64,000 bases of DNA from Candidatus Marinacidobacterales bacterium (lineage in GTDB: Bacteria > Acidobacteriota > Vicinamibacteria > Marinacidobacterales > SMYC01), in the NCBI GenBank assembly GCA_965224085.1, contig CBDCYI010000005.1:1120001-1184000 (forward strand), read 5' to 3'. Both the position numbers and the translations under genes were made by a program. The notes below the pieces were generated by a model. The model worked only from the letters and a program-made list of their open reading frames with translations, was not told the origin of the DNA and did no database searches. Below, one piece after another: positions 10,102 through 20,775 of the stretch. Position 1 is the stretch's first letter. Each line of letters begins with the position of its first letter.

Positions 10102-10178
10102 TGGAGCGGGACACGGGGGATTCGAACCCGCGACTTCGACCTTGGCAAGGTCGCACTCTACCACTGAGTTAGTCCCGC
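10102..10178 (-). tRNA. tRNA-Gly(GCC)
   Basis: GCGGGACTAACTCAGTGGTAGAGTG-CGACC-TTGCCAA-GGTCG...TTCGAAT...CCA; two apparently extra C in the T-arm. Confidence 0.9.
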
Positions 10179-10263
10179 CCAGCTAACAGGCAAACGGTAT
10201 ATGTAACACGGGGATAAGGCTTTGTCAAAATTATGAACGCGTCACCCCTGTGTCAGGCCGGTG

Positions 10264-10659
10264 TCAGGCCTCGAAAGCCGAGCGTAGAACGGTGATTTCA
10301 GGCTTTTCGCCGGGGAGGCACGCCACGCCGACAACATCAAAGCGGACGATAACGTCCCGCAGCCGGCGGGCGCGCAAATAAACCTCGGCGAGCTGGATCA
10401 GTTTTCGCCGCTTGCGCGCATCCACCGCGTCGGCCGGCGCGCCATAGTCGCGGCGGGAGCGGGTTTTGACTTCGACGATAACGAGCGTGTCGCCATCCTG
10501 GGCGATCAGGTCGATCTCCCCCAGACGGCAGCGCCAGCGGCGGTGCAGGATCTTGTAGCCGCGCTTTTGCAGCTCTTTGGCGGCTAGGCGCTCACCGTAG
10601 CGACCGAGGTCCTGTCGTCGGAATCGATCGGGGAATCGAAGTTGGTCGAATAGTCCTAT
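10264..10659 (-). CDS. yraN: YraN/UPF0102 endonuclease-fold protein (absent from the ORF track)
   Basis: LGRYGERLAAKELQKRGYKIL...GEIDLIA...VEVKTR...RFDVV; no nearby ATG/GTG/TTG, ATA follows GAGGGA. Confidence 0.85.
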   Translation of the reverse strand: MGLFDQLRFPDRFRRQDLGRYGERLAAKELQKRGYKILHRRWRCRLGEIDLIAQDGDTLVIVEVKTRSRRDYGAPADAVDARKRRKLIQLAEVYLRARRLRDVIVRFDVVGVACLPGEKPEITVLRSAFEA

Positions 10660-10681
10660 GCTTCCCTCACCGCGCTCGTCG

Positions 10682-12085
10682 CTACTTCTGCTTCCAGCGC
10701 GTTCCGGTGGGGGTGTCTTCCAGAACGATCTCGCGGGCGTCGAGCTCGTCGCGGATTTCGTCCGCGCGAGCGAAGTCGCGGCGGGCGCGGGCTTCCTTGC
10801 GCTCTTGAATCAACTTCGCAACTTCATCGTCCAAGCTCATTTTCTTGCCTTGGCCGAAGACGGCGAAAACCGTATTCATGCGCTCGATCCCGCTTTTGAA
10901 TCCTTCCGCATCCCCCTTCGTCATACTAGACGAAGAAAGAGCCGTGTTCCCTCCCTTGACGAGGTCGAAAAGTGTTGCGAGTGCCGCCGACGTGTTGAGG
11001 TCGTCGTCCAGCGCGGTCTCGAATCGCTCGAGGGCCGCCTTGACGGCTTGCTCGGTCTCGGGGGAGGCGTCGCCATCGCGGGTGACTTCGCCGAGGCGGT
11101 CGAGAAAATCGTCCACCCTCCGGATCGCGGTCGCGGCTTGGTCGAGGCCTTCACGCGTGAAGTTCAGCTGCTGCCGGTAATAGACCGAAAGCAGGAGATA
11201 GCGGATCGCCATCGGCGAATAGTTCTCCGCAATCAAGTCTGGCACGTTGAACTGGTTGCCTTTGGACTTCGACATCTTCTCGCCTTCGACGATAAGAAAT
11301 TCGGTGTGCATCCAATGGCGCACGAAAGGCTTCCCCGTGGCCCCTTCGCTCTGTGCGATCTCGTTCTCATGATGAGGGAAGATGAGGTCCACGCCGCCTG
11401 CATGGAGGTCGAAGGTCTCGCCGAGGATCTTCATCCCCATCGCGGAGCACTCGAGGTGCCATCCAGGACGGCCAGGCCCGATAGCGGTATCCCAGGAATC
11501 CTCTCCATCTTTCGGGCCTTTCCACAGCACGAAATCTCGAGCGTTCTCCTTTGTATATTCGTCCGCGTCGACGCGGGCGCCCGCTTTCATGCCGGCGACG
11601 TCGATGCGCGAGAGTTTTCCGTAGTCGGGAAAGGAGTCCACTTTGAAATAGATCGATCCGTCGCTCTCATAGGTATGGCCGCGCTCCTCGAGCTTCTGCA
11701 CGAGCGCCACCATGGCGTCCAGATATTCCTGGTCCGTGGCGCGTGGATAATATTCTGACTTCTTGATGTTGAGCGCCGCGCAATCCTCGAAGAAATTGTC
11801 GATATATTGCTGCGTGTACTCACGTAGGGGGATTCCGGCCTTGCGCGCACCGGCGATCGTCTTGTCGTCGACGTCGGTGAAATTGGTTGCTTGCGTAACC
11901 TGATAGCCTTTGTACTCCAAATAGCGTCTCAGCACGTCCTGCGAGACGTAGGTCCGAAAGTTCCCGATATGCCCCCGGTTGTAGACCGTAAGCCCGCACG
12001 TATACATGCGGACATGTCCTTCCTCCAAGGGCTCGAAGGGCTCGACGTCGCCGCCGAGGGTATTCGTGAGCTTCAGCTGCGACAT
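10682..12085 (-). CDS. cysS: Cysteine--tRNA ligase
   Basis: YTCGLTVY, HIGN, PGWHLEC, FPHHENE, KMSKS. Confidence 0.97.
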   Translation of the reverse strand: MSQLKLTNTLGGDVEPFEPLEEGHVRMYTCGLTVYNRGHIGNFRTYVSQDVLRRYLEYKGYQVTQATNFTDVDDKTIAGARKAGIPLREYTQQYIDNFFEDCAALNIKKSEYYPRATDQEYLDAMVALVQKLEERGHTYESDGSIYFKVDSFPDYGKLSRIDVAGMKAGARVDADEYTKENARDFVLWKGPKDGEDSWDTAIGPGRPGWHLECSAMGMKILGETFDLHAGGVDLIFPHHENEIAQSEGATGKPFVRHWMHTEFLIVEGEKMSKSKGNQFNVPDLIAENYSPMAIRYLLLSVYYRQQLNFTREGLDQAATAIRRVDDFLDRLGEVTRDGDASPETEQAVKAALERFETALDDDLNTSAALATLFDLVKGGNTALSSSSMTKGDAEGFKSGIERMNTVFAVFGQGKKMSLDDEVAKLIQERKEARARRDFARADEIRDELDAREIVLEDTPTGTRWKQK

Positions 12086-12091
12086 GTACCC

Positions 12092-13871
12092 TTAGTTCCT
12101 CTGTACGACCATCAACGTCAAATCATCCGCCAATCCGGCCTCGGCGGCATAAAGCCGTACGCTCGAGACGAGACGCGCCATGATCTCACGCGACAGCTTG
12201 CCCCGGCAGCTTCGCAGCACCTTGACGATACCAGCGTCCTCGAACTCCTCGCCGTCGGGGTTCGTGGTCTCGGAGAGCCCGTCGGTGTAAAGAACGAGCA
12301 CATCCCCCTGCTCGAGCTTCGTCTTGCCCGCGCCGAGGGTGAGCTCCGCGAGCATCCCGACGACAGCTCCTCCCTCCACGAGCCGCTCGACAGTCGCCGC
12401 TCGCTCGAAAAAGCAAAGGATAGCAGTGGCCCGCGTTGAGGTAGATCATCTCGCCCGTCTTCGCGTCGAGCATCGAGAAAAACGCGGTTACGTAGCGATT
12501 GACCTCCGTGCTCGAATAGACGATCTCGTTCAAACGCTCGGTCAGCGCTTCGAGCGAGATTTCACCCACTCCCGCCAGGGCGTGAAGCGCCGCATGAACC
12601 GACGCCATGAGGAGCGCCGCCCCAGTGCCCTTTCCAGAAACGTCGGCGATCACGAGCCAGTGCCGGTCGTCACCGCGCGCAACATAGTCGAAGTAGTCGC
12701 CTCCGACCGTGAGGCAAGGAATATTGATGCCGGCGATATCCCAGCCTTCGATGCCGGGCTCGCTATCCGGGAGCAAGCGGCTCTGGATCTGGCGTGCGAG
12801 AGCCATTTCCTTTTCTATTTTCTGCTTCTCGACCCACTCGCGCGTCAGCCTCAAGTTGTCGAGCGCGGCGGTGGCCTGCGAAGCGAGCGAGCGCAGAAAT
12901 CCGCGGTCTTCCTCCGCAAGCGATTTTCCCGAGGCGCGCGCGCCGAGTAGGAGCGCTCCATGAGAGCTCTCTCCCGAGCGCAACGGGACGACCGTATCGA
13001 GCTCGACGCCGCTCAGAAGATCCCTCAGAGCGCCCGCGGGAAGCTCGGAAACCGTCTGATCCTGGGGGAGTTCGGAAAGGTCGCGACTTCCGCGCTCGAG
13101 AAGTGCGCGCTCTTCGGAGGAAAGCGCGAAGCCGCGTTGTTGGGCCACTTCGCCGTCGTGAAGCAACACAGCGCGCGTCGTTAAAACGTGCCCCATCGCG
13201 TTCGTCATCAGCACTTCCCGAACCCGGTCGACATCGGGGCTCCGATTGAGTTCACGCGCGATGTCGAACAGCGAATCGAGCTGATACACCTTGAGCGAAA
13301 GGTCGCGGTTGAGCGTTTGGAGCTCTTTGTAAACACGGCCGTTATCAATCGAGGCCGCCGCAGTCACGCAAAGCGATTCCGCAAAGAGACGGTCGTCTTC
13401 GCCGTAAGGCTCACCGCGATCGCCAAAGAGAAGCACGCCCACCAAGCGTGTCGATTTCAAGAGCGGCACGAGAAGTGCGGAACCTGTCGCGGTGAGAATG
13501 CTCTTGGCCCAATCAGACAGGCTAGGATCAGAAACACTCGAAATCTCGGGCTCGAGAGAAGGCTCCGGAAGCGCGAGAGAGGCCCACCGCTCGTCACCGC
13601 GGCCGCGACGCGCCGCTGGTACAAGACGCTTTTGCTCTCCGTCCCGCAATAGCAGGCCCGCCCAGGCGGCGCGCGTTTCCCCCATCGCCACGAAAAGCAC
13701 GAGATCGAGAATCTCTGGAAGCTGGAGCGAGCGGTTGAGCGTCGAGTTGAAGTCGAGGAGTGCTAAGACTTCGGAGAGCTTTTTCTGGACTTTCGGATCG
13801 TCGATGCGCCGCGCGAGCGGAGCTAGCGCTTCTTGGTAGCGATAGGATGCGGGCGTTGGCTCCGAAGACAT
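12092..13871 (-). CDS. GAF-GAF-SpoIIE (RsbU-like PP2C phosphatase), frameshifted near 12390
   Basis: VGGDYFD, IADVSGKG, NAGH, then LYTDGLSE...DDLT in the next frame. Confidence 0.85.
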
Positions 13872-13899
13872 GAGGCCATCTTACTATCTCTAGAGCAGC

Positions 13900-14355
13900 C
13901 TAGCCTTCGTCCCGACCGCGCTGTTTGTAGCGAACCATGACGCACATGCTCTTGCCGGTTTCGGCTTTTTGGTGCTCGACCTTATCCATCATCTGGCGCA
14001 TGATGGCCAGGCCGAGGCCGCCGGTACGGCGCTCTGCCACCAGCTCGTCGAGATCGAACTCCGGTACCGGCATGGCGTCGAGCGGCTCTCCCTCGTGAAA
14101 GATCACGATATCGAGGCTCTCGCCTTCCGGGTCGAAGTGGATCTCGATCTCGTGGTCCGGCTCACCCGCATAAGCGTGTTGCACGACGTTCGTCGTAGCT
14201 TCGTCCACGGCGAGGGCAATTTTCTCGGCCTCCGCCTTTTCGAACCCGGTCGTCTCTGCCAGGAGCCTCGCGAGCTCGTGGACCATGTTCAGATATTTGC
14301 TGTCGCTTGGAAATCGAAGCTCCATCAGCGCGCGCTTGTCGGAACCGTCGGACAT
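13900..14355 (-). CDS. Anti-sigma factor / Ser kinase (RsbW-like HATPase)
   Basis: LAVDEATTNVVQHAY, GGLGLAIMRQMMD. Confidence 0.88.
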   Translation of the reverse strand: MSDGSDKRALMELRFPSDSKYLNMVHELARLLAETTGFEKAEAEKIALAVDEATTNVVQHAYAGEPDHEIEIHFDPEGESLDIVIFHEGEPLDAMPVPEFDLDELVAERRTGGLGLAIMRQMMDKVEHQKAETGKSMCVMVRYKQRGRDEG

Positions 14356-14363
14356 AAGCGATG

Positions 14364-14723
14364 TCAGCTGGCTGGTCTCGCCTGATAGCTTTCCACTCCC
14401 TCTTGCTCCGAGGTTAAGACCTGGCAGAGGTGGTTGAACCCGAGGACTTCGAAGATATTGAACACGGTGTCGTTGAGCTCCGCGAGGCGGATATCGCCCC
14501 CTTTGGCGCGGATGTCCTCGATGAACCCCATGATCACCCCGAGTCCCGCGCTAGCAATATAAGCGAGGCCGGAGCCATTGATGAGAATTTTCTCGTGACC
14601 GCCTTCAAGAGCCTGGCTCAGAGACTGCTCGAATTGGCGGACGGTATGGGCGTTGATGAATCCGCGCGGCGAGATCACGGTCACGTCGCCGACTTGCCGG
14701 CTTTCCATCATTAAATCAGGCAA
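14364..14723 (-). CDS. STAS anti-anti-sigma factor (RsbV-like)
   Basis: YIASAGLG phosphosite motif, IFEVLGF. Confidence 0.88.
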   Translation of the reverse strand: MPDLMMESRQVGDVTVISPRGFINAHTVRQFEQSLSQALEGGHEKILINGSGLAYIASAGLGVIMGFIEDIRAKGGDIRLAELNDTVFNIFEVLGFNHLCQVLTSEQEGVESYQARPAS

Positions 14724-14758
14724 TTAATCTCTCCGCCATCCTAATGTGGGTACGGATT

Positions 14759-15724
14759 CTATACCACAAGGTTCCGGCCTGTCTCTCGAAAGAAGGCGCG
14801 GGCGACCTTCTGGTCGCGCTCGAGCTGCGCTCGGAGCGCCTCGGCCGAGTCGAAAGCTACCGTTGCCCGAACGCGATGGTGAAAGTAAAGGCGAACTGTT
14901 GCCCCGTAGATCTGCCCATCGAAGTCGAAGAGGTGCGTCTCTACGATTCGCTCCTCGAGCCCGAACGTGGGGCGACGTCCGACATGGGTCATGCCGGTGA
15001 AACGGTTGGTGTTGGCCCCGAGACTTCGGGTGTCCACGACGGCGTCGGTAACGTAGACGCCGTCATCGAGCAGAAGATCCCCGTTCATTTTGATATTGGC
15101 CGTCGGGAAACCCATCAAGCGCCCGCGCCCGTCGCCCTCGATGACCTCGCCTTCGATAAAGAAAGGCCTTCCCAGCATGGCCCCGGCCTCGCCGACTTGG
15201 GCGTCCCGGAGCGCTTCCCGAATGCGGGAGCTCGAGATCATGGCACGTTTGTGGATCGAGGCCTCGATCTGGTGCACGACGAAACCGTGCCGCTCTCCGA
15301 GCTTGCGGAGCGCATCGAGATCGCCCGAACGGCCTCGACCGAAACGAAAATTCTCTCCTAGCACAAGCTCGCGCACGCGCAGCTTTTCGACCAGAACTTG
15401 CTCCACGAAGTCTTCCGGGCCGATCCGCGAGAACGCCTTCGTGAAATGGATGACCACGAGCAAATCGAGCCCCATTTCACTGATGACCTCCTGCTTCAGC
15501 GCGGGCGTCAAGATGCGCTTTGGCGCTTTGTCGGGGCGCAGCACGGCCACGGGATGGGGCTCGAAGGTCAACGCGGCCGCTGGACAGGACAGGGCCTTCG
15601 CCCGGACCTTGACTAGGTCCATCGCTTTCTGATGTCCGAGGTGCACGCCATCGAAGTTCCCGAGCGTGAGCACGGGACGAGCATCCTCGGGCAGATCGAC
15701 TTCAGGGTAATAACAGATTCGCAT
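14759..15724 (-). CDS. ribF: Bifunctional riboflavin kinase / FAD synthetase
   Basis: GNFDGVHLGH, ISSSRIR, GFPTAN, ETHLFDF. Confidence 0.95.
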   Translation of the reverse strand: MRICYYPEVDLPEDARPVLTLGNFDGVHLGHQKAMDLVKVRAKALSCPAAALTFEPHPVAVLRPDKAPKRILTPALKQEVISEMGLDLLVVIHFTKAFSRIGPEDFVEQVLVEKLRVRELVLGENFRFGRGRSGDLDALRKLGERHGFVVHQIEASIHKRAMISSSRIREALRDAQVGEAGAMLGRPFFIEGEVIEGDGRGRLMGFPTANIKMNGDLLLDDGVYVTDAVVDTRSLGANTNRFTGMTHVGRRPTFGLEERIVETHLFDFDGQIYGATVRLYFHHRVRATVAFDSAEALRAQLERDQKVARAFFRETGRNLVV

Positions 15725-15741
15725 ACAAGCTCGGACCCGAG

Positions 15742-17043
15742 TTACGGGTCTCGGGATCCTACCGAAGGAGGACCCGGAAGGATAACCTCATCGGGTAGGA
15801 CTCCGCGAACCACATTCAGATAGGGCTCGCCACTTGGGCCGATGGCCTGCAGGATGATTTTATCCGGGCCCGCCAGGTAGCGGTAGGTCTCGCCACCGGC
15901 ACCGCGCAAATCCTCTGCAGACACGAGAGGCGGCTTGGCGGCGACGAGCTCGTCGAGCGTGTTGGGGTAAAACCCGAAAGCCAGGGAATAGGCACGTAGC
16001 GCGCTCGTGAGGCGTTGTATACGCGCCATGTCACGGCTTCTTTGGATCGTCGCCGATTCCTGTTCGAAGAAACTCGGCACCGCGGGAACTCGGAACGGCG
16101 TTCCGTACGCTGCCAGGAAGCCGACCCCGCTCAGGACGAGCACGCTCAAAAGCGCGACGACCTCGACAGTCTGGCTCGGTGCAACGCCGCCGCGCTCCCG
16201 CCGGTCCGAACGTCGCGCGCTTCGAGCTTGGCCGTGACTCGCGGGAGAAACGAGCTTCCGGTCGATGAAGTCGAAAAGCGTTCGGCAAACGTCGAAGTCC
16301 GACAGCCCCGTCAGCTCCATAATGGCCGCGACCGACCTCTTACCATCGACGAGCTTGTAGATGTCGTTCTCTTGCTTGCTCAAGACGACTTCAGAGCTCG
16401 AGGTACTGCTCTCCTCGTCAGCGCCACTGCCATCGAGGTCCCCGAAGGCATCCTCGAGCGAGCCTCCCTCGGAGGCGCCCGTGACTTCTTTGATTTGCTT
16501 CGGAGATACGAGCGGCCGAAACACGGCCTCGAGCGACGGGATACGTTTTTCGATGATCGGCCACTCGTCGACTCGACGGATCCCCTCCATCAAGATTTGG
16601 TCGGTGCTGACCGGCGATACGTTCTCGCGGTCGTAATCCGCGTCCATGGTCGGGTCGAAATGGTAGTTGCCCGATTTCCATCGAAACACGCGAAAGACGA
16701 TCTGCTGAACTTGCTCGGAAAGGGCCGCCTTCAGAGCATCCCGATCGATATAACCCTGGTTCGTGAGAATGAAGCCCAGTCGTTGCATCGAGACTTTCTG
16801 CTTCGCGAGCACCTCCTCGAGATGCTCTTTGCGAAGCTTCCCTTGTCTCACGAGAACGTTTCCGAGCAGATCGTCGAGCCGGCGGATGGTGGAGTCAGAA
16901 TGAACGACCATGCCTTGCTCGAAGACGACGCTCACCGTCTCGCGGTCGCTCTCGAGCGTCAGAAGGCCCGTCTTGCGCTGCATCCCGATGAGCTGAAAAA
17001 TATCGGGAAGAGCAAAGTCTTTCAGAGTTCCCGACAGTGCCAT
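15742..17043 (-). CDS. DUF4388 domain protein with a TM helix and a GspG-like C-terminal segment
   Basis: MALSGTLKDFALPDIFQLI...KTGLL; LMEGIRRVDEW; ALRAYSLAFGFYPNTLDELV. Confidence 0.8.
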   Translation of the reverse strand: MALSGTLKDFALPDIFQLIGMQRKTGLLTLESDRETVSVVFEQGMVVHSDSTIRRLDDLLGNVLVRQGKLRKEHLEEVLAKQKVSMQRLGFILTNQGYIDRDALKAALSEQVQQIVFRVFRWKSGNYHFDPTMDADYDRENVSPVSTDQILMEGIRRVDEWPIIEKRIPSLEAVFRPLVSPKQIKEVTGASEGGSLEDAFGDLDGSGADEESSTSSSEVVLSKQENDIYKLVDGKRSVAAIMELTGLSDFDVCRTLFDFIDRKLVSPASHGQARSARRSDRRERGGVAPSQTVEVVALLSVLVLSGVGFLAAYGTPFRVPAVPSFFEQESATIQRSRDMARIQRLTSALRAYSLAFGFYPNTLDELVAAKPPLVSAEDLRGAGGETYRYLAGPDKIILQAIGPSGEPYLNVVRGVLPDEVILPGPPSVGSRDP

Positions 17044-17046
17044 GTC

Positions 17047-18957
17047 TTATCCGCGCGCCATCGGACGAGGGATGACGTTCGCGATCAGGAAAGCCACTCC
17101 CATGATTGCCATCAGAGCATAGGACGGAAGACTGATTCCACCGAGAATGCCGTCCGGAAGCGCGTAGACGGCCCCATCGAGCCAAATCGCGCAGGCGCTC
17201 AGTATCCACACGAAGAGGAGAATCACGCCGATGAACGGCATCCCCGCCCCGATCTGCCCCGAGCCGGGAGCCAAGATCGAAAGAGCGCGAAAGATGAGGG
17301 ACTGCATCTTAGAAACGCTGTGGACTTGGCGCAGCTTCTCGTTCCGGGCCTGCGCGGAGACGCCGTCTTTCATGAAGAACAGGTGATAGCACTGCGTGCA
17401 CAGGACCTTACGACCGGTTCCAATCTGGCAACGGCCGCAAAAAGCACTCCCGCATTTCCAGCAGCGCTGCGTTAGCCTACGCTCCCTGAACAACACCTCG
17501 AGCACCACGATCAAAAGCGCGAGCAAGAAGGGGACCGCCAGCAAGCGCAGGCCCCAGCCTTTCAGAACCGACGCATCCACAAAGACCTCGACCGGTTGCT
17601 CTCGCATGCCGTCGGAAAGCCCATAGAACTTCGATAGAATCGCATTTTTGTCGAGACGAACATCCGCGACGACGCGATAGCTGCCCGTCCGGTTCTCGTG
17701 GGAGGCCACCGCGAGCGCGTCGAGCCTTTCCGCCTGTGCACGAGCGGCCTCGCGCTCGGAAAACTCGAAGTTCTCTGCATGCGCCAGGCTCTTGTTGTAA
17801 TACGCCATCGCGAACTGCGAGTTGAACTGCACCGCTTCGTTATATTGCACGAGCGCACCTTCCCAGTCACGCTGCGCGAAGTAGATGTTGCCGAGATTGA
17901 CCTGTGCCTCGACATCTCCCGGAAAATTCTGGATGATGGCTCGATATTGCTGTGCGGCAAGCTCGTAGTCACCGTGGTTCTTGTACTGTGCCGCGAGCAA
18001 GAACTGAAGCTCGCGATCGCCTGGGCTTTTATGAATCGCCTCCCGAAGAACGAGCACGTCGTCTACATCAAAAGTGCCCGTCGTGGACGACAAGGCCGCC
18101 TGATAGACCGGGTTGGGAACAGTACGCGACCATGTCGCATAGAGCTCCGTGAATGGCGCGGCAGCGAGGAGCAACAGGAGAAAGAAGACGGTGACGACGC
18201 GCTCCTTGATCGACTGATAGCCGAAAGTGAGCGCCAGCCAATAGGGCGCCAACCAACCGATGCCAGCCGTAGCGATCACCGGAACCAGAATCAGGCCGAT
18301 GGTGACCGCGAGAACACCTTTGCTTCCGATGAGCTCCCCGACACGTTCCTCGACGTCGTGATACAAGAGCGTGCCGTGCCGGTAGGTCATCAAGGCCGCG
18401 AAAACAAAAAGGGCGAGCATCGTCGCCGCAAAAAGGAGAAAGGCGAGATTCCAAGCAGCATAAGGCCCGTCGCGCTCCGAGCGAAGCGCGGCGAGCTGAG
18501 CCTGCACGCGGTGGCCGAAGGCGGTCAAATAACCGAGGCCTCCCTCACGTTCGTTGAGCGCCGCGAGCCCGTGATGCACCGTCGGCAGGTTAGGGCCCAA
18601 GTCTCGGGCGATCTCGAAATGCTCCCTCACCTGCTCGACGTCGCCGCTGTCGAGATAGGTGAAGCCTTTGTAGGCAAAGGACTGAGCGATGTCATGCAGA
18701 GCGAACACGCCGCGCTCGACACGGAGCCGCTTGATCTCTTCAAGCATGCGACGCGCGGTCTCGGTGTCGCCCATGCTCGAAGACTCGACGTAGCGTCTCC
18801 AATAGTGGTCGAAAGACGTATGGAGAGAGAGAGACGCGCTCCCATCCCCGTCGTCGAGCTGAGCCGATGCCGGCGTCACGAGCGTCAATAGAGTCATAGC
18901 GACGAGGAGCGCGGGGCGAGCGAGCGCCCTGGCGTGAAGTCGTGTCGACCGAAACAA
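17047..18957 (-). CDS. Multi-TM TPR membrane protein with a Cys-rich zinc ribbon
   Basis: Signal peptide, TPRs (NLGNIYF, AYYNKS), CWKCG...CGRC...CTQC. Confidence 0.75.
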   Translation of the reverse strand: MFRSTRLHARALARPALLVAMTLLTLVTPASAQLDDGDGSASLSLHTSFDHYWRRYVESSSMGDTETARRMLEEIKRLRVERGVFALHDIAQSFAYKGFTYLDSGDVEQVREHFEIARDLGPNLPTVHHGLAALNEREGGLGYLTAFGHRVQAQLAALRSERDGPYAAWNLAFLLFAATMLALFVFAALMTYRHGTLLYHDVEERVGELIGSKGVLAVTIGLILVPVIATAGIGWLAPYWLALTFGYQSIKERVVTVFFLLLLLAAAPFTELYATWSRTVPNPVYQAALSSTTGTFDVDDVLVLREAIHKSPGDRELQFLLAAQYKNHGDYELAAQQYRAIIQNFPGDVEAQVNLGNIYFAQRDWEGALVQYNEAVQFNSQFAMAYYNKSLAHAENFEFSEREAARAQAERLDALAVASHENRTGSYRVVADVRLDKNAILSKFYGLSDGMREQPVEVFVDASVLKGWGLRLLAVPFLLALLIVVLEVLFRERRLTQRCWKCGSAFCGRCQIGTGRKVLCTQCYHLFFMKDGVSAQARNEKLRQVHSVSKMQSLIFRALSILAPGSGQIGAGMPFIGVILLFVWILSACAIWLDGAVYALPDGILGGISLPSYALMAIMGVAFLIANVIPRPMARG

Positions 18958-19322
18958 AATAGTCTTGAATCCTATTCGATTAACGACAAGGGCCCTATTG
19001 TTCGAAGCCGCGTCTAGCTGATCGGTTTAACACCGGAGGCAATAACCTAAAATAGGGGAATTATAAGTAAACCTTGACAAGGCCTGCCCATTAGAATACC
19101 CTTCCCACCGTCACACGAACGCGTGCGGCTCAACTATCGGGTCACTCGCTGAATACAATACCCTCCCAGGCTGGAGGCTTGGCAGCACTAAAAGCTTCAC
19201 ATTCAGCGCACAGCTGGGCTTCTACATCGCTATCGGATATACAGACGACCTCAGAAACAGAGGGATTGTGAGGTTCTACACCAATCCGCCGAGGTAGTGA
19301 TAGAGTAGAGCCTGAAAAACAG

Positions 19323-19352
19323 AAGCCCCGGGGAATTACCCCCGGGGCTTTT
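19323..19352. terminator. Intrinsic terminator-like hairpin
   Basis: AAGCCCCGGGG-AATTAC-CCCCGGGGCTT followed by TT, with an A-rich 5' flank. Confidence 0.6.
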
Positions 19353-19394
19353 AAATCATCACCGCGTGACAGCGCGGAGACAGGGAGAACTTCT

Positions 19395-19679
19395 GTGCTG
19401 GATTATAATGCAGACGGTCTATCGGATCAAGACATTGAAAGGCTTGCGGCTCTGATGGCAAAAGACCCTAAGTTCGCGCATGAACTGGCAGACGCAATCG
19501 CGACGAGGCTCGACGAGAAGTACGGGTTCAGGCAAGGAGAGATAATCGACGACATCGAAAAAGTGTCGGGTAAAATCGACGGGCTGTCGTCAAAGCTCGA
19601 CGCGATGGGTCACCGGTTCAGCACCCTTGAGCACAATTTTGGAGTATTCGGTCAGAAGCTAGACCTCATTGGGCCGTAG
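19395..19679 (+). CDS. Small coiled-coil hypothetical protein
   Basis: 94-aa ORF with heptad-like C-terminus; GGGAGA upstream. Confidence 0.4.
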   Translation: MLDYNADGLSDQDIERLAALMAKDPKFAHELADAIATRLDEKYGFRQGEIIDDIEKVSGKIDGLSSKLDAMGHRFSTLEHNFGVFGQKLDLIGP

Positions 19680-19826
19680 GACCGAGAAGATGGATAAGCG
19701 GCTCGAACGCGTAGAGGACCGGGTCGGTAACATCAAGGTGAAGCTATGAGACCACCGATGATCATCCCCGAGCGCGACCTGGCCGGCGCCACGCCGGAGA
19801 GATTGGCCCGCGCGTTGCTGAGTCCC

Positions 19827-20775
19827 TTACGACCTCGCCATCGAACTGAGCCCGTTCTTGGCGACGAGGTCACGGTAGAGAAGTCGGTGTCCGACAAGCC
19901 GAGCGACGGTGTCGAGCATTTGGTCGAGAGTTCCTAGGTCGCGGATGTTGTGCTTCTCAGCGAACTCATTAACGTAGCGTTGTAAGTGCTTGGGGCTCAT
20001 CTTGTGGAACGCCCCCTTGTGCGCCCGCTTGAGCATCGACCAGAAGCTCTCAATCCCGTTGGTGTGCACCATTCCGTTGACGTACTCTTTGACGCTGTGC
20101 TTCACCGTCTCGTGATTGGGTAGACCGACATAGCCTCTGTGGTCGTCGGTGTAGAGCTTCGCGCTAGGATCGACATTCTTCGCGACGAAGCCTTGGAGCG
20201 TCGGTTGGTCGGTGTTGCCGATGACCTCGGCGCTGACACGGTTCGTCCGGCGGTCCTTCGCGCCGATGACGGCCGTCTTCCCTGCGGATCCTCGGCCCTT
20301 AATAGCCTGCTCGCGCTTGTGGGCGTGCTGCATGTTGCGAGCCTTCCCGCCGAAGAAGGTTTCGTCTACCTCGACAGGCCCGGCGAACGATTTGCCGTTA
20401 GGACCGCTCCACGCTTCTCGAATCCGATGGAGCATGAACCAAGCCGCGGCCTGTGAGACGCCGATGTCTCGGTGGAGCTTCATGCTCGAGACGCCTTTGA
20501 GACTAGTCAAGCAGAGGTAGATGGCGATAACCCATTTGCGGAGCGCGATCTTAGAATGGGCAATAGGGGTGCCCGTGCGAACGCTGAAGTAGCTCCGGCA
20601 GGTGGAGCACCAGTAGGGCATCGGCTTTTCGTTCGGGACTTCGCTGGTGCTGAGGCTACCGCAATGTCCGCAGCACCGAGTGCCATGCAGCCTCGAACCA
20701 TTTGGTTGCCGCTTCATCGGTCGGGAACATGTCCATGAGCTGAACAACGGTTATGCCTTCCCGGTGCCCTCGCCC
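19827..20775 (-). mobile_element. IS1595-family transposase, 5' truncated and frameshifted
   Basis: CGHCG...YWCSTCR zinc finger, VEVDET, LYTDD, HTNGIESFWS; N-terminal HREGITVVQLMDMFP in another frame. Confidence 0.85.

Noticed and set aside
10114-10120. Aberrant tRNA-Gly T-arm
   Set aside because: Extra bases lie in a G run, likely a homopolymer error
19746-19937. Independent small gene
   Set aside because: Largely antisense to the IS1595 transposase 3' end; insufficient support
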